From Leidyana gryllorum EB-2025a (Eukaryota > Protista > Apicomplexa), in NCBI GenBank assembly GCA_048772705.1, contig JBLWGC010000204.1, positions 111,884 through 175,883 of the forward strand: 64,000 nucleotides of DNA. The letters run 5' to 3'. Each line of letters starts with the position of its first letter. Positions within the stretch are counted from its first letter, which is position 1. The translations under genes and the position numbers were made by a program. This document shows positions 45,434 through 54,923 of this stretch, piece by piece. Under the pieces are notes generated by a model that was not told where the DNA came from, did not search any database, and saw only the letters and a list, made by a program, of their open reading frames with translations.

Positions 45434-48301
45434 GTGATGAGAACCATCCAAACCCAAGATTACTTCAATAGCCTGATCAACAATGCAGTGACCTCATCTC
45501 TTTTCTTGAGTGCCCTATTTCAAACCACTCAGTGGCCTTCAAAAAAAAGAATCGTTCGGATTAGGGGAATCATGAATCCAATTTCAGTCAGCCGAAAGTA
45601 CGCGAGAGGACAGCGGGATCGCAGCCGGCAGTGCGCGAGACGAGTGGCCCGTCTATTCCTCGCCAGTATGCAGCAACCCCTGCAGTCGCTCCCCTGTTCC
45701 TCAGAGCAAGTTTGTGATACCTCAGCCAACTTGAAGGCGGCAATGGGACCATCAATTGTTGAAGCGACTGCCACGGCTGAGAGTATTCTGACGTGTACAG
45801 GATCCCCGAAGGCTTGGTTAGATTATCGATACTGTGATCCTCAAACTCGGCAATTCGATTCCTTCCAAGATGACGATTGTAGAGACATTCGCTGGCCCGC
45901 AGAGCTGTATTGCGGTCCCCTACCGGATCTTGCCTTACTTGACGGTGTCAGCGATATGATCATAAAAAGAACGAGGGACATACCGCCGCAGAAGGGCGGC
46001 TGGCGTCGGCTCGCATTGATAATAAAAGCAGCCCTACCAGAATTATTCCAATATCGCGCCTTTGATGCGAACCCGCTGGTGATGTTTCCAATCGTCATGG
46101 GCCCGAGAGAGATGGAGGCGCGTCGGAAGTTCTTGACTTGGCGTATGATAAGGTTCGGGATACCAGCCGTCCTTACCGACCTGGTGGTCGCCCGGCTGAT
46201 CGCCGAACTGAATGAGTGGAGGAAATATTTTGCGGTCTCAGTGGACTGTGAATTGTGGAATCAAGTGCGTACAGCCGAGGAATCAGATCGGCTCTGGAGC
46301 ATACTTTTATCCCCCAATTACGGGGATATAAGTAGGGCCGGGGGATTCCCAGTCCGCTTGACTGTCACGCTATCATTGCGGGTGTTTGAGTCATTTGTTG
46401 AATATCTTTTCGGCACCCAGGGCCAGGTGATGGCTTCCAGCTTTAGGTCGGCTTTTGATGACGGTTGCGTTGGTGACGCCAGAGACGAATTCCACAGGAT
46501 CATCCTAAAACTGCAGAGAGGCGAATACGCGACAGTAAACACCTATGACAACAAGATTGAGAGATACAGAGGTGTCTTCAGATTCCTATGGTTTGCTGCC
46601 AGCCGGGATTCTTTCCCGTACGGGGTGCGATTCAAAATCTATCCTCTGCAAAAGTCTCGCGCCAGAGTGTTTGACATTTCCAAAAGGAGGGAGGTGGAGA
46701 TTCCGACCAGCACCGAGACGGGTGGTGCGAACTTTTCCTCGGAAGAAGATGAGTATGTGGATGAGGCTACCGCTATGCAGACGTTGTGTGAAGAACTTCA
46801 TGCCTGTCAAAGCCGGCTGCTCACCCTTTCAGATGCAGAACTGTGGCAGCTGGGGACTGGCGACCCCATCTATCGGACTGAGGGGGACACTTCAACGAAT
46901 GTAGCGTCACGAGGTGTCAAGAGATCATCTCTTGATGACTTTGCTCAGTTCACCAATGATGAGCCTTCGACCAGCAGCAAGCGACCGGCACAAGAGGGCC
47001 TCGCTCAGTTCACCAATGATGAGCCGTCGACCAGCAGCCAGCGACCGGCACAAGAGGGCTTCGCTCAGTTCACCAATGATGAGCCGTCGACCAGCAGCCA
47101 GCGACCGGCACAAGAGGGCCTCGCTCAGTTCACCAATGATGAGCCTTCGACCAGCAGCAAGCGACCGGCACAAGAGGGCCTCGCTCAGTTCACCAATGAT
47201 GAGCCGTCGACCAGCAGCCAGCGACCGGCACAAGAGGGCTTCGCTCAGTTCACCAATGATGAGCCGTCGACCAGCAGCCAGCGACCGGCACAAGAGGGCT
47301 TCGCTCAGTTCACCAATGATGAGCCGTCGGCACAAGAGGGCCTCGCTCAGTTCACCAATGATGAGCCGTCGACCAGCAGCCAGCGACCGGCACAAGAGGG
47401 CCTCGCTCAGTTCACCAATGATGAGCCTTCGACCAGCAGCCAGAGACCGGCACAAGAGGACATCTCACGTCAGCCAAATCCTGACTTCCCCTATTACGCC
47501 TTCTTAGGACTTCCTGTAGGCCAAGACGCGAGTGGGACATCTCTGCTTACCTGGCTGTCGATGCAACCCCGACCGATGGAGAGAGAATCACACGAAGAAG
47601 GCGCACTTGAATACGCCTTTCTCATCCCAGAGTTGGAAAGCCTGAACCTTGAGAATGGAAAGTGCCCATTGATTTTCCGGTCGACTGCAGCAGAGTTGGA
47701 GCAACAACTCGCTCTCGTTGATCAACGTGCGCGGCGAAGGGGACTTCCGGAAGTCGCCGTCGCCTGCAAGACACAATCATTGATACGCTTGCTCCGAAAC
47801 GCACGCGAGGGCCGATGTCTGATGGTTTCTCACTCACCCATGTACTCGAAGGGAATGGAATTAGCATACGCACGTGTCATGCTCGCTCAACAAATCTTCA
47901 CGAGCAACACAGTTGACAACCCATCGAAATACGAGCGGACACTGCAGGATTTGGTCAAGAGGTTACCGGGAGGTGATGTGGTTCCAGCAAGCATACGAGA
48001 GGAATCGACGATCAAAGTAGATATAAGGATCCCGATCGGCGCCCTTTTGGAAGCGTTTCCCCAGTTGCACACCGGTTACGAGGGTTATGGGACTCAGTGG
48101 ACCGAATGGACAGGAGCGTGTTTGAGACTTTTGAAAGCCTCGTCTGGAGGTCGACGCGGGATTCCCGGCCTGATTCGTCAAGCCATCCGAGATGGACAGC
48201 TCTTCGGTGGCCTCGTTGAGGTCCACTCTCTACACTTTTGCGCTCGAGAACGGATCATGAAAACGGTCTCTATTCAAAAGTCACGGACCGCAAGCAGCTG
48301 A
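45434..48301 (+). CDS. Family A member 5 (divergent) with 60-nt repeat
   Basis: LIFRSTAAELEQQL...RGLP...AREGRCLMV...MY and V.I.IP...L...FP.L are shared with the family. Confidence 0.78.
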   Translation: MMRTIQTQDYFNSLINNAVTSSLFLSALFQTTQWPSKKRIVRIRGIMNPISVSRKYARGQRDRSRQCARRVARLFLASMQQPLQSLPCSSEQVCDTSANLKAAMGPSIVEATATAESILTCTGSPKAWLDYRYCDPQTRQFDSFQDDDCRDIRWPAELYCGPLPDLALLDGVSDMIIKRTRDIPPQKGGWRRLALIIKAALPELFQYRAFDANPLVMFPIVMGPREMEARRKFLTWRMIRFGIPAVLTDLVVARLIAELNEWRKYFAVSVDCELWNQVRTAEESDRLWSILLSPNYGDISRAGGFPVRLTVTLSLRVFESFVEYLFGTQGQVMASSFRSAFDDGCVGDARDEFHRIILKLQRGEYATVNTYDNKIERYRGVFRFLWFAASRDSFPYGVRFKIYPLQKSRARVFDISKRREVEIPTSTETGGANFSSEEDEYVDEATAMQTLCEELHACQSRLLTLSDAELWQLGTGDPIYRTEGDTSTNVASRGVKRSSLDDFAQFTNDEPSTSSKRPAQEGLAQFTNDEPSTSSQRPAQEGFAQFTNDEPSTSSQRPAQEGLAQFTNDEPSTSSKRPAQEGLAQFTNDEPSTSSQRPAQEGFAQFTNDEPSTSSQRPAQEGFAQFTNDEPSAQEGLAQFTNDEPSTSSQRPAQEGLAQFTNDEPSTSSQRPAQEDISRQPNPDFPYYAFLGLPVGQDASGTSLLTWLSMQPRPMERESHEEGALEYAFLIPELESLNLENGKCPLIFRSTAAELEQQLALVDQRARRRGLPEVAVACKTQSLIRLLRNAREGRCLMVSHSPMYSKGMELAYARVMLAQQIFTSNTVDNPSKYERTLQDLVKRLPGGDVVPASIREESTIKVDIRIPIGALLEAFPQLHTGYEGYGTQWTEWTGACLRLLKASSGGRRGIPGLIRQAIRDGQLFGGLVEVHSLHFCARERIMKTVSIQKSRTASS
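46943..47459 (+). repeat. 60-nt coding tandem repeat, 9 units (one truncated), AQFTNDEPSTSS[K/Q]RPAQEG[L/F]
   Basis: Near-identical units are directly visible. Confidence 0.95.
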
Positions 48302-48639
48302 CGTTCCAAAATGGTCCACCGATCACGAGATACTTGGCTTGCTCACTTGGAGTTTTGCGTCGAGAGGACCACTTAGCATTCATTTTGTAGCCCAACAGAG
48401 CTGAGCCGGTAACATTGCTCGGAGGAGTGTGAGCCGAGCAGAATTTTGGTTGAAGAGATCAGTCCAGTGACTAAGCCTCTATCAACATAACCGACAACAA
48501 ATTGGAGTGATATAAAACCCAGAGCCTGTAACTCCGGTTCCTTTTATCACAAGGATAGAACTTCGAAATTTACAACTGATCAGAGCTCAGAGGCTCGAGA
48601 GTGTGATTTAACTCCGAATTTGGGCTCTACTACTCTCCA

Positions 48640-48796
48640 TGTGTGCGGCACACAGGACGCATTGGGCGGTACCTGACTGAAATTACTCAATTTCTCGAGC
48701 CCAATAGCTCGGATCACTTGTTTCAAATATAAGTTCTTTCTTCAGTGATATGTAGAATGTTGGCATTGCCGACAACGTGTATCACAGGACTTTCTC
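48640..48796 (+). ncRNA. Structured repeat element, copy A (putative ncRNA or ssDNA element)
   Basis: TGTGTG-CGG-CACACA palindrome, gagc/gctc hairpin, gtgatat/gtatcac stem and tgttggc/gccgaca hairpin. Confidence 0.5.
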
Positions 48797-49020
48797 AAGC
48801 TGAGTCCGAGATGGCAGCCGGTCACCCGCGCCTCTCGAACCGGTGCTGTCGAGCTAACACAAATCCTCGACTACGCGCAACAGCAGCCTCAAAAGGCGAC
48901 ACGCGATAAACTGAAAGATAGATTCAGAGATAGATTTCGGTACCAAACATTGGATCAGTATGTTGACGAGTTGGGAGCCGCACGGCCACCACCAACACAG
49001 TGTCGGTCACACAATCTTGA

Positions 49021-49170
49021 TGTGTGCCGCACACAAAGTATACCCCCCTATTTTTGGCCAAAGAAAATCAACTCCTCGAGCCTACTAGCTCGGATCACTT
49101 GTTTTAAATAAGTTCTTTTTTCAGTGATATGTTAAAGTTGGCATCGCCAACAATTATCACCTTACTTTCT
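49021..49170 (+). ncRNA. Structured repeat element, copy B
   Basis: Same architecture: gtgata/tatcac and gttggc/gccaac. Confidence 0.5.
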
Positions 49171-50679
49171 CATATTGCTGAACGGCGGATGTGCTGAGGG
49201 ACTACCTCTTCCATCTGTTGCAAAGTGCTCGCGAGCTCACACTCATCCTCGATGACGCGCCACAGCAGCCACAATGGCGACATAACGTACCATCGACACG
49301 CATGATTGCTCCGAACTCCCGGCAAGTCTGAGTATGCACTCCGTCTGGAGGGTATCCGAACGGTCCTGGTAAGCCCCTTTTGCGCTGCTCATGAACCCGA
49401 CAGATCGCCCTCTGGTCGAGCTCAGCTCGGCTCGGCCCACCCATTTTGATCGGCTCGGTACACAGCCGAGATGGAGACGGTGTCTCCCGCATGGATTCTA
49501 CTGGGGGAAAGTTAAGGGACCACTTCGCGGACCGGCATGTTGACAAAGGGCCAAGTCTTGACAGTTCACCCGCTACAACTTTCAACAATGGTGGAAAATG
49601 CATGCTCTTGATGTGCATCGGCCCTATCAAAAGTCCATATGGGCTCAGAGTGGACCGACTCAGGCCCGAGGCGCGCCCTCCAGGAGGGTTTCTAACAGAG
49701 AGAATTGACAGGCGTAATGGCTACGTCTCTTTGTCGGACAGGGTGACGCAGCGCAGACCTGGCCGGTCGAATCTGGCGGACGAAGCAATTGAGGAGTGGA
49801 AGCGACACAGCACACAGTATTTGTTATCGTCCAGTGGTCTTGGCGGCCCTGGGGAGCTTAGTGGATGTCCGACGCTCGATTAAGTTTACGCCGAGACACC
49901 TCGAGCAATGCCCCGTTCGGGCTCAGAACGTCCTATCAATTGTGAAGGACTGTAAAGCACAGCGAGAGAGAGCTGCGCGCCCGATAGAAGCCCATAGACT
50001 GAATCTCATCGCGAGGCTCATGTCTCCGTCTCCTGTTGGAAGCGACCAGCTTCAAGAAACGAGTGACAGTGTTGGGAGCCTCTCGACAACGTGATATCGT
50101 CTCGGAATCTAGATTCGGAGGACCAGATTCGTGGACTAAGAAGGTTTTTACACATCTGAAAGCGCGACGTACCTAACCTGGTACCACGGGTGACACGATG
50201 ACACCAGCACATTTCGAACCCCACTCTGGTGCAATTAGATCGAGTCCTCAGCAGCCAACTTCGTCTGACTCGAGATGGATGTTAGAGGAGGTCTGACAGC
50301 CTCCGTAGCCACCGTCTTTTAACATGAGTCTGTTCTCACGGGCTCCCGCGATCGCACAAAGACTCGCACAACACGACCCCAGAGATTTTGATACTTCAGC
50401 AATGGGGCGCAGACCACTACACAGGGTGAGTAGTATGTGATCTAGGAGCGACTGTTCAGGATTGCACTTGGTGGAAGGTCGGACGCGGCTCGAGAAACAC
50501 ACCGATGCGTTTCAAAAAGCTAGTCACCGGTGCAAGTCTGGCGCAGTATGGCGGTAGGGTAGAGACGTGAGAGGAGCAGCGGAAAAGTGTGTAGCGGAGT
50601 ACCTCGAGACGCAGTTTGGTGGGAAGAACACACGTGTGTGTTCGCCGATACCCGTGACAGAAGCTGCAATGTCCCTCTC

Positions 50680-50836
50680 TGTGTGCCGCACACAAAGTAT
50701 ACCTCCTTATTTTTCGCCTAAGAAAATCAACTCCTCGAGCCTACTAGCTCGGATCACTTGTATTAAATATAAGTTCTTTTTTCAGTGATATGAAGAACGT
50801 TGGCATTGCCAACGACTGATATCGCAATATTTTCTT
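50680..50836 (+). ncRNA. Structured repeat element, copy C
   Basis: Same architecture: aagaaaat/attttctt closing stem, gttctt/aagaac, gtgatat/atatcgc and cgttggc/gccaacg. Confidence 0.5.
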
Positions 50837-51469
50837 TATGCTTGCGGTTGGTGGTAAGAAGTACGTGCTTCTCCGCCAACCAGTGTGCGGTCGAACTCAC
50901 ACGTTACTTCGATATGCGCTACGAGCGGCTTTTCCGAGCGACAATCGAAAAGGACTAAATCGAGTGGCGATCTGATCTCTGGGGAAGTGCACGAGATTTT
51001 CGCAGGTATAGTGGTTAAGATTGCGTCTTTCTGTGAAATTCTTTCTCCGCAGATTGTGAGAGTGTCGCTACGAAGGCATCGGTATCAAGGTATGTACATT
51101 GTGGAGACCTATTCGCGTGGCAAGAGAGAACGGCCCCTGAGTGAGCTTTTTATCAGCAGACGCTGAGATCATAGCGTCGCATCAGACATCCAGGGCTGGG
51201 GCTGGTCGCGGAGACGGTAAGTGTTTTCAGCGAAGCGGTGGCATTTTTGAAGACTAGCGGGGGTGAGGAGTGAACGAGCCGACTGTTCTGGAGGAATTAG
51301 TCTGTGGAGCCTCGCACCGCCTGAGGATTAGTCGGTTGCTCGCCACCTAGAGACTGAGTGTAGTTAACGAAGGAGTGGGGACAAAAAAGGGGAGGAGAGT
51401 GCGACCCTGGCAGAGCTCGACGACAGACCGTGGTGATGGATCAGGTTTGTGAAGTGCCAGGCGGCCAGG

Positions 51470-51619
51470 TGTGTGCGGCACACAGCTCATCTGCCCAGAA
51501 TCGTATGTTCAAATTCACCTTCTCGAGCTCGACGCTCAGATTAGTTGTATTTTGATAAGTTCTTTCTCTGTAACATAGAGAACTGCGAGCAATGCTCGCA
51601 GATTTGTTACTGATATTTG
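51470..51619 (+). ncRNA. Structured repeat element, copy D (divergent, with compensatory changes)
   Basis: caaat/atttg, agttct/agaact, gtaaca/tgttac and ctgcgagc/gctcgcag. Confidence 0.5.
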
Positions 51620-51917
51620 TGTGCCTAGTTTCCTACGAGATGGTGATATTCTTCATCTTCGGGGGAGCTTTGTGCCCCCAAGCTGACACCTCACTTGGCG
51701 GGTGCGCACAGGTCTTCTCCAGACGACAAGAATACAGCTTAGTGTGCCGACTGCTCAAAAAGGGGGGATGGGTCTCACGTTTCACAGGGGTCACGTGAGC
51801 GTCGAGGAGGACTGAGGGTCCATTTAGTGAACCGAAGGTGAGGCAGATCGGCACACAGTGGAAGGCTTTTTTTTGGAGTGGTAATACCTGTATCTGGTTT
51901 TTGACTTTGGGGTCGGA

Positions 51918-54161
51918 ATGTTTGGAAACTGGCTTCTACTGGGGACTGCGGTCCTGGCGGGGCTCAGCGGCGCTGATGACCTGTTCTATCGGAAGGAGTA
52001 TATGGGGAATGACCAGACTCTGATTCGCGACGAGAACACTACAGCCCATGTCTTGGTGTCCAATAATGCCGATATGATGCAGCGTATTTTGGTTGGATTT
52101 CCAGCCCTAAACTCTGGATCTTTCATCGAGTTGATCCCAGCGACTGGAACTGCCACACGAAAACTCATTCAACAAATTGGAGACGTGGAAACGTATGTTG
52201 ATGATGACGGCTTCAATGGAGTTGAGATTCAAGTTGTTCTCAATGGCCAGGCTCTCGTGAACGAGACTATTTTCGGATCGATCCGCATCATTCGTGACTT
52301 TGTCGAGGGAGGCGGAACGGTCCACAAAGGTGAAAATGACTTCAAGTATAAGATGTACGGACCCAACGGAGTGCCGATTAAAGGTGACGAGACTGGCCTG
52401 AAGGAACTGACATTTGTGAGAACGTTTTTCTTTGCTGAGGATGAAGTGAGGTTTACACTCCGGAGTGACAACGTTCTCTTTGACATTGGAGAGAAGAACC
52501 AGGACCCGAAGGCTCAGGTTGATATTGGACTCTGGCGTGTAACCTTGCGGCCGGCATCAGGGGTGACGGGAGTCCTCAGTATCCGAACTGGTATCAATGT
52601 CGCTCCTCCGGTCCCGATGTCACCCGTCGAGATCTTCTGGAACGCCGACCTGCTCGATCACGAGATGATCGACCAAATGGCCTTCTTGAGCTACGCTGAC
52701 GGCTTTTTGACGGGAAGTTGGAGATTTTTGACCTACTTTGGCCGGGATACCCTGTTGACCACTTATCTATTATTTGACGACTTGAGTTCCGGCATGATCG
52801 AAAACGTCCTGGTGGCCGCTCTCGGACGCGTGTCGATGTCTGCTGATGCCATGAGTGAATGGCCAACGGGTTGGGACCGCGATCGCGACACCACCGGTTT
52901 CGTTTGCCATGAAGACGAGGTCGGCGACTTTGCGAACTGGAATGGTGGCAAACCCATCACGACACACCGTGTCATGAAGTGTGACTACAAGCATGCGGAC
53001 AGCGACTATCTAATTTTGCCTCTCTTCGCTGACTTCGCTGTTCGCGAACCCGTACGTGCAAAGTCCTTGTTGGAGAAGGAGTGCGACAACGAACTGAACA
53101 AGGGCCGGAAATATGGCGACATGTTGAGAGCCAATGCCGATGCGGTGCTCCGACAGACTGCCAAATTTGCTTTCAACCCCATCTGGCAGAATCTCATCCC
53201 TATCCGTCACGAAGAAGTCGGAAACTGGCGAGACTCCACGGAAGGACTTGCCTTCACCAAGTACCCCCTCGACATCAATGCCGCCTTGGCCCCTGCTGCC
53301 CTTGCTGGAATCATCAGATTGTCGACAGCTGGCGGCTACTTATCCGATGTCTACCTGGCCGATGCTCGTACCAAGGAGGAAATGTGGAGGAGAGCCATTA
53401 ACCTCTTCAAGGTTCAAGTTCCGGGTACTCCAGCTGAGATCCGTAACAACTTGGCCAAGTATCTCGACGAAATTAGTGACTGCCCTGAGTGCATCAACAT
53501 GCTCGACGTGGAGGGAGACACGATTGAGGAATTCCTCGGTGTTGGTATCTACGCTAATGGTACCGTTTCTCCGTTGATGAACTCTGACTACGCAATGATA
53601 TTGGCCTTTGCCCCCAGCTTCCCCGGCGCTTACGTAGAGGAGGCCGCCAAAGTCGTGCGCAGCCAATGGCCTCGTGGACTGCATACCGATGCTGGAATGC
53701 TTGTCGCCAACCCCGCTTACATGTGGAACTACAACGGCACCGACACCTTCAACGGTCTGGTTCCACGTCTTGGACGTAACGGGTATCATGGCTGTGTTGT
53801 TTGGGGCTGGCAAAGTATGCTCATGGACTACGGTTTCAAGCGCTTCTTGTCCAATTCCCACATCAGCCATACCATCTTCTCGAACAGCGCCTTACAGAGG
53901 CTGTGGGATGGCATTGAGGTCGGATTGGAAGCGCAAGGGGCTGCCGAGATGTGGACGTTCAACTTTGACCCTGCCACCAACGAGACAGTCCCTGTGGACT
54001 TCTCGAGCGCGGGAACCGAGGGAAACATGGTACAGTTGTGGTCGTTCGGCGTGATGGGGAAGGAAAGGCCAGAGCCCCTTGATTGGACACCCTCCGGTGC
54101 GGGTGCCAATGTCGTTATATCCGCAGCTGGTCTCTTAGCGGCCAGTCTGCTCCTCTTATGA
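51918..54161 (+). CDS. Secreted, probably GPI-anchored six-hairpin glycosidase (glycogen-debranching-enzyme-like); intronless
   Basis: Signal peptide, GSWRFLTYFGRD, GNWRDS, Y.LDIN.AL.PAAL, MNSD, YHG.VVW.WQ and QLWS. Hydrophobic C-terminus after a SGAG spacer. Confidence 0.85.
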   Translation: MFGNWLLLGTAVLAGLSGADDLFYRKEYMGNDQTLIRDENTTAHVLVSNNADMMQRILVGFPALNSGSFIELIPATGTATRKLIQQIGDVETYVDDDGFNGVEIQVVLNGQALVNETIFGSIRIIRDFVEGGGTVHKGENDFKYKMYGPNGVPIKGDETGLKELTFVRTFFFAEDEVRFTLRSDNVLFDIGEKNQDPKAQVDIGLWRVTLRPASGVTGVLSIRTGINVAPPVPMSPVEIFWNADLLDHEMIDQMAFLSYADGFLTGSWRFLTYFGRDTLLTTYLLFDDLSSGMIENVLVAALGRVSMSADAMSEWPTGWDRDRDTTGFVCHEDEVGDFANWNGGKPITTHRVMKCDYKHADSDYLILPLFADFAVREPVRAKSLLEKECDNELNKGRKYGDMLRANADAVLRQTAKFAFNPIWQNLIPIRHEEVGNWRDSTEGLAFTKYPLDINAALAPAALAGIIRLSTAGGYLSDVYLADARTKEEMWRRAINLFKVQVPGTPAEIRNNLAKYLDEISDCPECINMLDVEGDTIEEFLGVGIYANGTVSPLMNSDYAMILAFAPSFPGAYVEEAAKVVRSQWPRGLHTDAGMLVANPAYMWNYNGTDTFNGLVPRLGRNGYHGCVVWGWQSMLMDYGFKRFLSNSHISHTIFSNSALQRLWDGIEVGLEAQGAAEMWTFNFDPATNETVPVDFSSAGTEGNMVQLWSFGVMGKERPEPLDWTPSGAGANVVISAAGLLAASLLLL

Positions 54162-54450
54162 GCGATTGCTTTCTAATGCGACTGAACAACTTGAAGGTCA
54201 CCTCGAGGTATAACAAGTATCCCATATATTGTATATTGCCGAGAAGGAAGCAGCTCCCATACGCGAAAGAGACTCACTGACCTTCCTTTCTCCGCCTCCA
54301 TATATATATGCTTTGGTTTACTTCTTCCTGTGTCCTCAACTGAGCTAATCAACTATGTAGAGTGCCTTCTCAGAACTCCTGCCTTGTCGTATCTTCCCCG
54401 GACGCCGTTCGCGAGCCGGAAACACCGTTATTCTCACTGCTGGGACAACG

Positions 54451-54856
54451 ATGTCCAGAGTTGTGCTCACGGCCTATGATCTGACCCGAGGGCGGCTGTC
54501 GGCGCTGATTGGGGTCGACCGCTCGTGGCACGCGGCCGTCACTGTCAGACCGAGTTTTACTTTGGAGAGACGCGAAAGGAAGTCTGGCGACTGCGGGCTG
54601 CCGACTATCAGTGGCTACACGGAGTCCATATCGTCAAACCTCTAACAATGGGCTCGTCTCAGAGAACGTCGGACGACATAGATGGGTGAGCGGGGTGGGG
54701 GAAACAGTACTCTCCCCCTCCTTCCTTAGGTGGATCGAAGCTCAGCGAGATGATAAGTATAATCGGACTACAAATCACATATGGGAGAACAATTGTACTC
54801 ATTTTGCCGACGACTTCGTCAAGTTTCTGTTGGAGCCCCGCTGCTCTCTCCTGTAA
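54451..54856 (+). pseudogene. PPPDE/DeSI deSUMOylase-like gene; frameshift near 54547; intron 54686-54729
   Basis: AYDLTRG...WHAAVTV / EFYFG ... ENNCTHFADDFVKFL, with the catalytic His and Cys present. Confidence 0.7.
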
Positions 54857-54923
54857 CTAAGTGAACCTCCGCCAAACAGTGTTCGGTTACTTCTCGATGG
54901 AGACGGCATTACTTCATCGCTCT

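Noticed and set aside
46943-47459. Regular repeats resembling a CRISPR array (also 42348-42974)
   Set aside because: There are no unique spacers, unit lengths are multiples of 3 inside long ORFs, the context is eukaryotic, and no cas genes are present.
48640-51619. Assigning the four-copy element to an HDV-like or hammerhead ribozyme, telomerase RNA, or a -1 frameshift signal
   Set aside because: It has no P3/P1.1, no CUGANGA/GAAA core and no conserved telomeric template. The slippery heptamer TTTAAAT occurs only in copy B.
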